This document shows, piece after piece, positions 28,143 to 37,580 of a DNA stretch of 64,000 nt (within the stretch, counting starts at the first letter, position 1; every line of letters begins with the position of its first letter). The translations under genes were made by a program, and so were the position numbers. Where the stretch lies: positions 4,074 through 68,073 of IMG/VR virus record IMGVR_UViG_3300021962_000088, one strand, 5' to 3'. The notes under the pieces are model-generated. The model was not told where the DNA came from and made no database searches. It saw only the letters and a program-made list of their open reading frames with translations. This DNA comes from a virus.

Positions 28143-28583
28143 ATGAATGGAAATTTAACACGGTTCGACACTAACGCTCTTAACAGAGCACTTATCGGTT
28201 TTGATCAGTTATTTGATACGTTCGAAACACGTTTCGCGAATCAATTAACTAACAACTACCCACCTTACAACATCGAAAAGGTTTCTGAAAACCTATATGA
28301 TATCGTTGTAGCAGTAGCAGGCTTTGAAAAGAGCGAAGTTGCTGTAGAGGTAGAAGGCGATCAATTGACGATCCGCGGACAAAAGACAGTTTCACAAGAT
28401 CCTGCTCCAGAGTATCTACATCGAGGGCTCGCTTTCCGAGACTTTGAACGTAGATTTACGCTCGCAGAACATATGGAAATAGTAAAGGCTGAAATTAAAA
28501 ACGGTCTATTGCTAGTCCAGATTGAAAGAAAGGTTCCGGACGCTCTATTACCACGCCAAATCGAAGTGATTGAGGTTAAGTAA
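28143..28583 (+). CDS. small heat-shock protein (Hsp20/alpha-crystallin, IbpA-like)
   Basis: 146 aa, alpha-crystallin-domain pattern, C-terminal IEV motif. Confidence 0.75.
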   Translation: MNGNLTRFDTNALNRALIGFDQLFDTFETRFANQLTNNYPPYNIEKVSENLYDIVVAVAGFEKSEVAVEVEGDQLTIRGQKTVSQDPAPEYLHRGLAFRDFERRFTLAEHMEIVKAEIKNGLLLVQIERKVPDALLPRQIEVIEVK

Positions 28584-28629
28584 TAGTATACATCTAGGGG
28601 GAGGCAACTCCCCCTCAACGGAGCATAAA

Positions 28630-28932
28630 ATGGCTGATACAGATATCCAAATTGAAAGCAAAATTAAGATCGAACTACAACCACCAAAAATGTGGAAAGT
28701 GGTATTTTTAAATGATGATCAAACACCTATGGAATTTGTCATGGATCTTTTGATTAACATTTTTAAACACGATGAAGCTAGGTCTCGTGATATTACTTTA
28801 GAGATACACGAAACTGGTGCTGCTGTAGTTGGTGTATATACATACGAAATAGCAGAGAACAAGGGTGTAGAATCTAGTCGTATTGCTCAAGAAAATGGTT
28901 TTCCTTTACAGATCCGAGTAGAGGAAGAATAA
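28630..28932 (+). CDS. clpS: ClpS-like adaptor protein
   Basis: PPKMWKVVFLNDDQTPMEFVMDLLINIFK conserved ClpS core; start placed at the Met with SD cggagcataaaATG. Confidence 0.7.
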   Translation: MADTDIQIESKIKIELQPPKMWKVVFLNDDQTPMEFVMDLLINIFKHDEARSRDITLEIHETGAAVVGVYTYEIAENKGVESSRIAQENGFPLQIRVEEE

Positions 28933-28940
28933 TTTTTCCT

Positions 28941-28976
28941 GATATACGCAGAACAATAAATATCTGCGTATATTTT
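28941..28976 (+). terminator. rho-independent terminator (atacgcaga...tctgcgtat + T5)
   Basis: 9-bp inverted repeat plus a T-run. Confidence 0.6.
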
Positions 28977-28989
28977 TCAGGAGTATTGA

Positions 28990-29544
28990 ATGAGTCTTAA
29001 AGAACTTACCAAAGAAAAGCACCACGACGCTGAACGTACAGAATTTGCTAAACTGTTACTAAGCGGCAATATAAGCAAAGAGATGTATGCTCTATATCTG
29101 GCACAGATGTTAGAAGTGTATGGAAAATTAGAATACTATTGTGCCAAAGCAGGACTTATACAAGAACTCGCAGGCCTAGGTCGAGCTTTGAATATATTTG
29201 AAGATTTCAAAGAACTCGATGTCACAGCAAATATCAAAATCCTAACAGCAACTCAAAACTATACTCGATATCTTCACGAGTTGTTTGAAGATGAGTCAAG
29301 GCATCCCCTGTTAATGGCTCACTTGTATGTTAGACACATGGGCGATCTCTACGGCGGACAAATGATCGCTAAGAAAGTACCCGGCAGCGGTAAGTTCTAT
29401 GAATTTAGAAATAGAGATGAGCTTATTAGCAAGATCAGAGAAAAGCTCACAGATGACCTAGGCGACGAAGCGAACGTAGCTTTTGATCATGCCATAGCCA
29501 TAATGAAGGAACTTAATGAGTCAAGTTTGGAACAAACTAATTGA
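28990..29544 (+). CDS. ho1: heme oxygenase
   Basis: LMAHLYVRHMGDLYGGQMIAKK closely matches the HO-1 helix motif. Confidence 0.8.
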   Translation: MSLKELTKEKHHDAERTEFAKLLLSGNISKEMYALYLAQMLEVYGKLEYYCAKAGLIQELAGLGRALNIFEDFKELDVTANIKILTATQNYTRYLHELFEDESRHPLLMAHLYVRHMGDLYGGQMIAKKVPGSGKFYEFRNRDELISKIREKLTDDLGDEANVAFDHAIAIMKELNESSLEQTN

Positions 29545-30193
29545 TATCCAACAAACTCTAGAAAGATTATTTTCAGAAACTGGTATAGAAATTTTTGAAC
29601 CAGGAATGGATCGATTTAATCAGCCGGGTTGGGTTAATAGAGTATGGACCAGCGGTAACTATCGTAGAGCTCATATCGATGTAGTCGATGCCCGATCCAC
29701 AAAGGGCCTCTGGATGATGCACTGCTGTGTTTTTCCTCATATCCATAACCCGGCACCTATCTTTGGCTTTGATGTTATCGCAGGTAAGAACAAGATCACT
29801 GGCTGTTTTATTGACTATAGTCCTACTACAGATCGAGAACATCCTATGATCCAGTACTTTGCTGAGGAAGTCAGTAGATATGAATGGATCCGCAAGCGTG
29901 AATTGCCTGACTGGGCACAGCGTATTTTCAGTCCACATATGGTCGCTGCTGGAAATGTACAAAAAGAAGAAGAACTCAATCAGATAGAATCATTGGCGCA
30001 TATATTGGTAAACCATTACTTAGAAACCGTGGGTAACACTAATAATAAAGTAACCGATACAACATTTGAACAGAATTTTTACGCACAGAATCAAAAACAA
30101 AACCCGCATACTCCGCGGGTTATGACTAGTCTAGGTCTTGATGAGGAAGATGTTAAAGTCTTTATCCAGGACTGCTTATTTCCTGAATTATAA
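29516..30193 (+). CDS. ferredoxin-dependent bilin reductase (PcyA/PebS/PcyX family)
   Basis: FDBR blocks RRAHIDVVD...MMHCCVFP...PIFGFD; overlaps and follows ho1. Confidence 0.7.
   Translation: MSQVWNKLIDIQQTLERLFSETGIEIFEPGMDRFNQPGWVNRVWTSGNYRRAHIDVVDARSTKGLWMMHCCVFPHIHNPAPIFGFDVIAGKNKITGCFIDYSPTTDREHPMIQYFAEEVSRYEWIRKRELPDWAQRIFSPHMVAAGNVQKEEELNQIESLAHILVNHYLETVGNTNNKVTDTTFEQNFYAQNQKQNPHTPRVMTSLGLDEEDVKVFIQDCLFPEL
30092..30121 (-). terminator. minus-strand rho-independent terminator embedded in the 3' end of the bilin-reductase CDS
   Basis: On the minus strand: aacccgcggagtatgcgggtt followed by ttgtttttg. Confidence 0.5.
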
Positions 30194-31396
30194 TTTGATC
30201 CAACCTAGTCCTTCGGGATTAGTAAGTCTTTGTACTCTTACAGTGGGATTAGTTTGGAAAATACCATTAGCGTAGCGAATATAGATTAGTACGCTGGCTG
30301 GAGTTTGTCCGGGATATCCGATGGTCGCTAAGAAGTTTTGATTCGTTCCTTGAGGAGCGGTGTATTTTAGGTCGATTAGTTTTAAACCTTGAGTACTGGT
30401 CACTGATGGAACATAGAATACTGCTTTCGGTGTCGCATAGAAATAACTTTTGTCCCCCATTTTTACAGCACTGTGTAATTTAGCAGCCTGTGCCAGTCCT
30501 AGCTTGATCTTAGCTACAAAGTCTTGTCCGATTTTAATAAACAGGCGTTCGCCTAGTTGTTTGAGATCTGTGTCTTTTTTCCAATAGCCTTGAAAGTAAT
30601 CACCAAATACTCGCTGCCATGCCGCATTTTTTGGCAAGTCTGTCATGATGCGTTCTTCAGGCTCATTAACTATACCGTCTCCAAAGTTGATAACAAAATA
30701 ACCACCGCTGGCTACATCTTCTTCTACAGCTGGTGCCTGTTGTTGTGGAACTTTAGGAACTTTTAACCGTTTAGCATCTTGTGGAATTTCGCCTTCCATA
30801 TAAGTGATGCTATACTTAGACTTGATAGGTGAAAATGCTTTGCCTGGTTGAGCTTTGGCAATTTCAATTACCTTCTTGAATACATATTGTTTAACAGCAT
30901 CCCACTCGGCTGGGGCGTGTTGACGGAAAACATCAGGATCCTCACCATCTAACCCTAGAGACTTGGCTGTTAGGTTGGCTAATGTAGGAGCTCCTGCTTC
31001 TTTGACACTGATACCGTCTACCGGGTGATTTACAAATTTAACATCAGCTACACTTGATTGGTTCTGACCACCTACCCACGATAGCTCAGTCGGTGCCGGC
31101 ATTTTTAATTTGGTTAACTCTGTTAGAATCAAGTTAGCGACTTTAGGTCCTACACTAGTGACCCACTTGTTAAATTTTGTAGGATTGTAATTATCTGCCT
31201 GTGCTTGAATGTTAGCAAAGGTACTATTACCTACTGTATAGGTACTGTTAGCAAAACTAGGGGCAGGATTTTTCGGGTCAAAGGAAGTAGGATCTACCCC
31301 GCACATTGCGGCTAATAAACCCACTTCAGAGTTAAACTGAGTGCTTTTAGAATCGCCGCCTTCGTTTATTGATTGATTAAATTCAAAGAATCTCAT
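30188..31396 (-). CDS. hypothetical protein (402 aa); N-terminus MRFFEF
   Basis: ORF track; convergent with the bilin-reductase gene. Confidence 0.5.
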   Translation of the reverse strand: MRFFEFNQSINEGGDSKSTQFNSEVGLLAAMCGVDPTSFDPKNPAPSFANSTYTVGNSTFANIQAQADNYNPTKFNKWVTSVGPKVANLILTELTKLKMPAPTELSWVGGQNQSSVADVKFVNHPVDGISVKEAGAPTLANLTAKSLGLDGEDPDVFRQHAPAEWDAVKQYVFKKVIEIAKAQPGKAFSPIKSKYSITYMEGEIPQDAKRLKVPKVPQQQAPAVEEDVASGGYFVINFGDGIVNEPEERIMTDLPKNAAWQRVFGDYFQGYWKKDTDLKQLGERLFIKIGQDFVAKIKLGLAQAAKLHSAVKMGDKSYFYATPKAVFYVPSVTSTQGLKLIDLKYTAPQGTNQNFLATIGYPGQTPASVLIYIRYANGIFQTNPTVRVQRLTNPEGLGWIKL

Positions 31397-31487
31397 AGTA
31401 ATGTATTTAACCTAAATCATTATGTAGCTGGTTAATTTTTTGTACTATCAAATTAAATATTAATACGGGTTACCGGGAGCGAATAAA

Positions 31488-32033
31488 ATGAAAAAAGTAT
31501 TAATATCTGTAGCTTTAGCTGCTATGGCTGTATCTGCGTCAGCAGAGCCAATCGTAACTGATTCTACATCACGTAGCACAACAAACTCAACCAGTGAAAC
31601 AACAATTAAATCCCCCCCACCTACGGCTGTTGCCCCTGCTATAACTACCATCAATAACGATGTCTGTGCAGTGGCAGCTAGTGGGGCAGTTCAAACACAG
31701 ATCCTTGGTATATCCATGGGCGGCACGATGCGAGATATGAACTGCGAAAGGATTAAACTTTCAAAGAACTTATATGATATGGGTATGAAAGTAGCGGCCG
31801 TCGCAAATCTATGTCAGGATGAACGAGTGTTCGCAGCGATGTTAGCTGCTGGAACACCTTGTCCTATCGAAGGTAAGATCGGTGAAGCTGCTAAAGCAGA
31901 ATGGGAAAGACGAGGAGTTATTAGCAATCAAAAGAAAGATAATGTCGGGTATTATGCTGTAAAAGCACCGACCGTTGATCTTAGAGAACCACCTAAGCAA
32001 GAAGAAAAGAAAGAGTCTTTAGACCCAAAGTAA
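31488..32033 (+). CDS. secreted protein
   Basis: Signal peptide MKKVLISVALAAMAVSASA. Confidence 0.5.
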   Translation: MKKVLISVALAAMAVSASAEPIVTDSTSRSTTNSTSETTIKSPPPTAVAPAITTINNDVCAVAASGAVQTQILGISMGGTMRDMNCERIKLSKNLYDMGMKVAAVANLCQDERVFAAMLAAGTPCPIEGKIGEAAKAEWERRGVISNQKKDNVGYYAVKAPTVDLREPPKQEEKKESLDPK

Positions 32034-32036
32034 TAA

Positions 32037-34307
32037 ATGAGCAGAATAATGAACAGAATAGCAAAACATTTTGGGGCATTAGTGGTGGTGCTATTCTTCT
32101 GCTCATTCTCTTACTCTAATGCCCAGGAACAAACTACAGGTAATTTGATAACCAATAATTGGACCGGTACTGTACCATACAGCGGAACAGGTGCTGGTCT
32201 CAGTGGTGGTAATCAACCTGGATATAATTCCAGCAACAACACTATCTATTTTGGTTATACGCAATCTACTGTAGCACAGACTATTGCTATTAACCAGGCT
32301 CTCCAAGGTTCTGGTATAATGGTTAATGGTTATAATTGGTCTTGGACGATCACTAACGGTAACATTGGCGGAACTACTAGTGCCCCTGGCACACTGTCTG
32401 CTAATATCAATACCTACAGTAGCGGCGGCAGTCTTCTACATAACTTCAATCAGAATTATAGTGGATTAATTAGTAATCAAACATTTAGCGGTAGTCAAAC
32501 ATACGTTAGTCCTTATCAAGTAGGTAACTTAGGAAACTTGTCTGTAGAGTTTTCTGGCAAAGACGGCAGCTTCTGGGCAGGATATTATGGACCGCAGGTC
32601 AGTAACGTTAATATCGCACTAAGGTATGCCCCGGATCCATGTACAGTAGATCCTCAGTCCTCGCCTGCCTGCCCCGGGTTTAGAACCTATTATACATTCT
32701 ATGATGATACCTATGCTCATGTTCCGTTGCCGTTCGCATTTCCTTTCTACGGAAGAACCTTTACTAATTCGTGGATGCATTCAAACGGAGTAGTTAGTTT
32801 CTTAGATCCGATGAGTCCCATTGAAGGTGCTGGATATAATCCAGGAGCCTGGGCGTACTGCTGTGGCGGACCTGATCTGAGTCAAAATACGATAGGATAC
32901 GGAGCACAATTTAATTATACCATCGCTCCTTTCTGGACTGACTTATATCCCGGTCCTAGTTCTCAATTCTATACAACTCGTAGTTCCGATCATATACGAT
33001 ATCATTGGGATAACATTGCCGATATTAGTAATCCCAATAATCTCAACACATTTAGTTTAGAATTGCGTCCTAGCGGATTTATAGGTGCTAACTATGCTAA
33101 TACAAATTCTCAACAGCAGGTAACTATAGGAACTATCGGTGATCTTAGATTAGGCGAAAAGACTCATCAGTTCTTTGGCATACCGGGTGTTGGCAATATC
33201 GCTAACTGGAGTTTAAATTCTACACAAGCTGCTGATTGTTCTAATCCTTTAAATAACGCCTACTGCCCAGGCTATGCTGAAGCGTACCTATCACAGCAAT
33301 GTACTATTAGTGCGTTATACGATTCAAGATGCCCAGGATACGCAGCCGCTTATTTTACTCAACAGTGTTCAGTAAATCCTTTATACAATTCAAATTGTCC
33401 TGGATATGCTCAAGCATATCTTGACTATCAATGTTCAGTAGATCCATTGTATTCAACAACATGCCCAGGATATGAAACTGCTTATTTTAATCAGCAATGT
33501 ACTCTAAATCCTTTATACAGTGTTAATTGTTCAGGATACGCTGATGCCTATTATGTACAACAGTGTACCGCTAATCCGTTATATGACTCGGGATGTACAG
33601 GATATGCTCAGGCTTATGCTTTAAAATATGTTGTTGCCAGTCCGTCAACATCGACTACTATCACTACACAACCAGAAACGATCGTTGTGGCCGCGGCCAC
33701 TAGTGATCCTGTAGCCCAGGCAGCACCCCTAGTTAGTGATCCAGTGGTTAATAGTGTTGTTACAACTACAGCAACATCTGCTAGTCCTGCCCAGGCAGCA
33801 ACAGCTACCGTACCACTAGCACCAGCACCAGCACCAGCCGCAACTACAGCAGCCGTTGCCGCAACAACATCTTCATCTAAAGAAGAAAAGAAAGAAGAAA
33901 AGAAAACTGAAACAGCGAGTACCACAAATACCACCACTACAACATCGACTAGTACTGATAATAAGAATGAACCTAAAACGACTAGACAGGCATTGGCAGA
34001 ACGTAGACTAGAAGCAGCAAGAACTAAGGCAGTAGAAGAAGGCAAGAATCTAGCTAATAAGATGGGCGAAGCTGCTACTATGGAAGCACAGGTAGCAGTA
34101 CAGAATGTAGTAGTACAGGCCATGGGGTTCACTCCGGGGTTCGATGCCTACGGGAAAGTTATGTTACAAGACGCAGCAGGATATAAACCTTTTGAAATAT
34201 ACAAAGGCCAGAGAAATGTAGATAGTCCTTCTGGTCGAAGATTAATGACTGGATCAGATAGGCTACACAGTGAAATGATTGATCAACAATATAATAGGGG
34301 GCAATAA
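32037..34307 (+). CDS. large secreted/structural repeat protein (six 22-aa Cys-containing CPGYAxAY repeats plus Thr/Ala/Pro-rich linker)
   Basis: N-terminal hydrophobic segment; six tandem 22-aa repeats; TTTT/AP-rich low-complexity region; conserved C-terminal region. Confidence 0.55.
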   Translation: MSRIMNRIAKHFGALVVVLFFCSFSYSNAQEQTTGNLITNNWTGTVPYSGTGAGLSGGNQPGYNSSNNTIYFGYTQSTVAQTIAINQALQGSGIMVNGYNWSWTITNGNIGGTTSAPGTLSANINTYSSGGSLLHNFNQNYSGLISNQTFSGSQTYVSPYQVGNLGNLSVEFSGKDGSFWAGYYGPQVSNVNIALRYAPDPCTVDPQSSPACPGFRTYYTFYDDTYAHVPLPFAFPFYGRTFTNSWMHSNGVVSFLDPMSPIEGAGYNPGAWAYCCGGPDLSQNTIGYGAQFNYTIAPFWTDLYPGPSSQFYTTRSSDHIRYHWDNIADISNPNNLNTFSLELRPSGFIGANYANTNSQQQVTIGTIGDLRLGEKTHQFFGIPGVGNIANWSLNSTQAADCSNPLNNAYCPGYAEAYLSQQCTISALYDSRCPGYAAAYFTQQCSVNPLYNSNCPGYAQAYLDYQCSVDPLYSTTCPGYETAYFNQQCTLNPLYSVNCSGYADAYYVQQCTANPLYDSGCTGYAQAYALKYVVASPSTSTTITTQPETIVVAAATSDPVAQAAPLVSDPVVNSVVTTTATSASPAQAATATVPLAPAPAPAATTAAVAATTSSSKEEKKEEKKTETASTTNTTTTTSTSTDNKNEPKTTRQALAERRLEAARTKAVEEGKNLANKMGEAATMEAQVAVQNVVVQAMGFTPGFDAYGKVMLQDAAGYKPFEIYKGQRNVDSPSGRRLMTGSDRLHSEMIDQQYNRGQ
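33238..33620 (+). repeat. six tandem 66-nt repeats encoding the CPGYAxAYxxQQC units
   Basis: Direct repetition visible at both DNA and protein level. Confidence 0.6.
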
Positions 34308-34513
34308 TGGAAATGTCGCTGTTGTTCGAATCTTTTATGATATTTTATCTATTAGAAGTATTGCTTTTAGTTTCTATATACATTTGGTATTATAAAGAAC
34401 CTAAAAATATAACAGTTACACAAAGTGAAAGCCGAAAAAGTTCTGGACCAACAGCATCAGAACTTATTAAAATGAGACAGTTGGCTAATCAACTGAATCG
34501 TGGACAACAATGA
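34307..34513 (+). CDS. small membrane protein
   Basis: Hydrophobic N-terminal half. Confidence 0.35.
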   Translation: MEMSLLFESFMIFYLLEVLLLVSIYIWYYKEPKNITVTQSESRKSSGPTASELIKMRQLANQLNRGQQ

Positions 34514-35153
34514 AGGGGTTATTACAATGTCCGAAGAAAAAGATCTAGATAAAAAAGTTGACGAATTAGAAGCAGCTAAAGAAAAGTATCTCAGCGATAA
34601 TACTGTTATTAGTATAGGCGGTTATGCTTTTACACCTGCTAAGTTGATGATCGCTGGCGGTATCATATCATCTGTTCTCGGTGGACTTTACGGAACATTC
34701 GAAGTATACAAAGATTATATGGATATGAAAGATAAGATCGCAAATTATGTCACTCCTGACCTAACCGAAATTTATAAAAAGATGGAAGTCTTAGACGCTA
34801 ACACAGGCAAGATGGTCGAATATACGCAAGATATTAAAAACGATCTTAAGAACGATATTCGAAGAGTGGAAGGTGTAGTTGAAAATCTTGAAAGAAAAAG
34901 TGGCAATGCTATCAGAGACACTGATAATACTGTTAAAGATATTAAACGAGAAGTAGACACTACAACCAAGGAACTGAGAAAAGATGTTGACGGGACTCTT
35001 AAAGAAGTTAGAAGGTATAGTGATCAGACTATTAAAGAAGTCAATCAAGAAATGACACGTAATCAGAAAGAAACACAAAACGAACTACGTGCTATTAGAA
35101 AAGAAGTTGACGATAAAATTAAAAAAGCGTTAGACAACCCATTGTCTAACTAA
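34500..35153 (+). CDS. membrane-anchored coiled-coil protein (paralog A)
   Basis: Shares ISIGGY(A/E)FTPAKLM...GGLYG(T/A)FEVYKDY...YTQDIKNDLK(N/Q)DIRR(V/L)E with the next ORF. Confidence 0.5.
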   Translation: MDNNEGVITMSEEKDLDKKVDELEAAKEKYLSDNTVISIGGYAFTPAKLMIAGGIISSVLGGLYGTFEVYKDYMDMKDKIANYVTPDLTEIYKKMEVLDANTGKMVEYTQDIKNDLKNDIRRVEGVVENLERKSGNAIRDTDNTVKDIKREVDTTTKELRKDVDGTLKEVRRYSDQTIKEVNQEMTRNQKETQNELRAIRKEVDDKIKKALDNPLSN

Positions 35154-35164
35154 GGAGGAGGGAA

Positions 35165-35644
35165 ATGGGAGAAGAAATTAAAGACGTTAATGCTAAAATT
35201 GACGACGCCGAAGCGGCAGTGAAGAAGTATGCTAGTAAAGATACTGTAATTAGCATCGGAGGATACGAATTTACACCTGCCAAACTTATGGTAGCATTTA
35301 CTATCGTATCGTCAACACTCGGCGGACTGTACGGAGCATTTGAAGTTTACAAAGATTATCAAAGTATGAAGAAACGTATCGCCGAATACGTTGCTCCAGA
35401 CTTATCTGAACTAAACAAGAAGATGGAAATCACGATGCAGAACAGTGAAAAGTCTGTACAATACACACAAGACATCAAGAACGATTTGAAGCAGGACATT
35501 CGCAGACTTGAAAAGGTTGTTGAACAAGTAGAGCGTGATGGTAAGCAGTTATCTCGCGAAACAGATCAAGACCTGCGTGTGCTACGTAAAGAAATCGATT
35601 CAAAGATTCAGAAAGCATTGGATAATCCACTATCAGGCAAATAA
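35165..35644 (+). CDS. membrane-anchored coiled-coil protein (paralog B)
   Basis: Tandem duplicate of the previous ORF. Confidence 0.5.
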   Translation: MGEEIKDVNAKIDDAEAAVKKYASKDTVISIGGYEFTPAKLMVAFTIVSSTLGGLYGAFEVYKDYQSMKKRIAEYVAPDLSELNKKMEITMQNSEKSVQYTQDIKNDLKQDIRRLEKVVEQVERDGKQLSRETDQDLRVLRKEIDSKIQKALDNPLSGK

Positions 35645-35668
35645 TAATAGCATATTATCAACAAATTA

Positions 35669-35697
35669 AAGCCCGAGATATTTTCGGGCTTTTTTGT
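35669..35697 (+). terminator. rho-independent terminator (gcccgaGATATTTTcgggc + T6)
   Basis: Hairpin plus T-run. Confidence 0.7.
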
Positions 35698-35736
35698 TAA
35701 ATAACAGTATGTAATATCTGGAGCGAAAGGAGCGAT

Positions 35737-36015
35737 ATGAACGATAGAAAGATGATAAAATGGCTGGCACTCTTGCTGGCTTTACCATTGCTTTTAGCTT
35801 GCATTGGTGGTGACACTTTCCGTTATCCTTGCCAAGATCCCAAGAATTGGGATAAGGAGATGTGTAAACTACCCACTTGTGATGTAACTAGAACCTGTCC
35901 AGAACATATTTTTAAAGGGCAGAGAGATCCTAGATTGGGTCCACCTAAAGACGGAGAAATAGCAGCAGCGAAACCTCTTGTATCACCACCCGTAGACAAT
36001 AAAGGATGCAAATAA
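35737..36015 (+). CDS. cysteine-rich lipoprotein
   Basis: Lipobox LLLAC. Confidence 0.45.
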   Translation: MNDRKMIKWLALLLALPLLLACIGGDTFRYPCQDPKNWDKEMCKLPTCDVTRTCPEHIFKGQRDPRLGPPKDGEIAAAKPLVSPPVDNKGCK

Positions 36016-36563
36016 TGGAACTACTTAAAAGCATAAAGAGAGAAGATAAGGATACAGGAGAAGTCTTTATCTATACTGAAGAGCAACTGATGGCTCGATT
36101 AAAATTCTTCATTGGTGTCTGTCTAGCACTGACTTTGACAGGTATTGTTTTTGTTGTTTTGTATTCTATTATATTCGTAACACAACCATTAAATGCCATA
36201 AGTCCTATTGATCAAAAGTTTTTTGAATTGATCATTCCTATCGCGACGTTCCTAACTGGTACGCTGTCTGGAATTATGTTAGCCGGTAACGACAAAGATG
36301 CTAGAATGAAAGCATTAGATGCCGCTAATAAAGCACCGACTGTATCGCCAAGTCCTAGCACACCACCTCCAAGTGGAGGATTTAGTGCTAACGCCAGCTT
36401 TGGTGGTGCTAATCTAAGTATCAATAGACCAGCTATGCCAACACCGGGAGCGACTCCGGCAGGTGCCTTCGGGGCCACAAGTTCCTTTGGTCCACCAGCT
36501 CAACCGATGATGAGTTCACTAGGCAAACCAATGCCTGTACCACCAGAAGACCCTGAGCTATAA
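36006..36563 (+). CDS. membrane protein with Pro/Ala-rich C-terminus
   Basis: Two transmembrane segments; low-complexity tail. Confidence 0.4.
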   Translation: MQIMELLKSIKREDKDTGEVFIYTEEQLMARLKFFIGVCLALTLTGIVFVVLYSIIFVTQPLNAISPIDQKFFELIIPIATFLTGTLSGIMLAGNDKDARMKALDAANKAPTVSPSPSTPPPSGGFSANASFGGANLSINRPAMPTPGATPAGAFGATSSFGPPAQPMMSSLGKPMPVPPEDPEL

Positions 36564-36581
36564 TAAAAACCCGCTAAGGCG
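36556..36581. terminator. bidirectional rho-independent terminator (aaacccgcTAAGgcgggttt)
   Basis: A-run upstream and T-run downstream; sits between convergent genes. Confidence 0.7.
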
Positions 36582-36591
36582 GGTTTTTTTA

Positions 36592-37422
36592 TCACCCAAA
36601 TTTACTCATCTGAAACATAGATAAAATATTGCGTGTTTTGATCGTAGATTTTCGTTGTTCTACTTTTATAAGATCGAGTTCTTTTTCTATAAACTTAGGA
36701 TCTTGAAGAGTTTGTTCTGTTAATATTCCCAGATCAAATCCTGTTGTAAGATCTAATTCAGCGTCGTTAACAAATGTTTCGTATACTTTGTTCAAAAGAA
36801 CTTCGTGATTTCTTAGGCAGAGATGATTATATCTCGGATCGACTCCTTGTATAAGACTGTTATAAGCATCGTTAGTGTGACCGCCGGGTATTTCGGGTGT
36901 GGCTATATTTTCCGTAAGACTACCTTTAGAAAATTTTATATTCTTAAATTCGTCATAGCCAGGAACCATCTGATTAAATCCAAAAATTACCAAAGGTGGT
37001 CTCCAAGATCTACTATGTGTGATAGCAGATAGCCATCCTAGCCGTTGTAGTGTTGCGATACTGTCTAATTGCGGCCTCTGTACATATCTTTCCCAGAGAG
37101 CGGCAGTCTTGGATATGTTTGGATCTATGTGTTTGGCATCGTTTAAAAATTCAACTTTGCCTAATGTAGGATCGTCAACGACCCACCAACGTCTGGCCGG
37201 ATGTGTGGCTACTATCAAGAGATAGTCATCGGGCTGTATGTCTTGGAGTTGTACCTGTAACATGTACCAAGCATACTCTTGGGCAGAACCAATCATAGAC
37301 CAGTTCATGAATCCCGAACACTCTAGCTTTTGTGCTAGTCGATACCACCAGGTCTTTTCTTGATCTCTTCCCTGTTTTTCCGCAGCAGTAAAACTGTCAC
37401 CAACAATATATAGTCTAGGCAT
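36592..37422 (-). CDS. SGNH/GDSL-like hydrolase (tentative)
   Basis: N-terminal IVGDSFTAAE (GDS block) and GGHTND (GxND-like block). Confidence 0.35.
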   Translation of the reverse strand: MPRLYIVGDSFTAAEKQGRDQEKTWWYRLAQKLECSGFMNWSMIGSAQEYAWYMLQVQLQDIQPDDYLLIVATHPARRWWVVDDPTLGKVEFLNDAKHIDPNISKTAALWERYVQRPQLDSIATLQRLGWLSAITHSRSWRPPLVIFGFNQMVPGYDEFKNIKFSKGSLTENIATPEIPGGHTNDAYNSLIQGVDPRYNHLCLRNHEVLLNKVYETFVNDAELDLTTGFDLGILTEQTLQDPKFIEKELDLIKVEQRKSTIKTRNILSMFQMSKFG

Positions 37423-37580
37423 GTAATTAATTATCTAGCGTTAAATACTGTATGAATTATTTCTGGGAGCCAGTCGACGCTCTGTTTGACTTTAATGTAT
37501 GGCTTTTCCTTCAGTGGTATTATATGCCTGCCTATATGCTAGGCAAACAAGATGAATGGAAAGAATGGGTGGGTGTTAGT

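Noticed and set aside
33614-34132. 172-aa minus-strand ORF opposite the Thr/Ala-rich linker of the repeat protein
   Set aside because: Mirror-image low-complexity ORF (Ala/Val/Thr-rich) produced by the compositional bias of the + strand gene.
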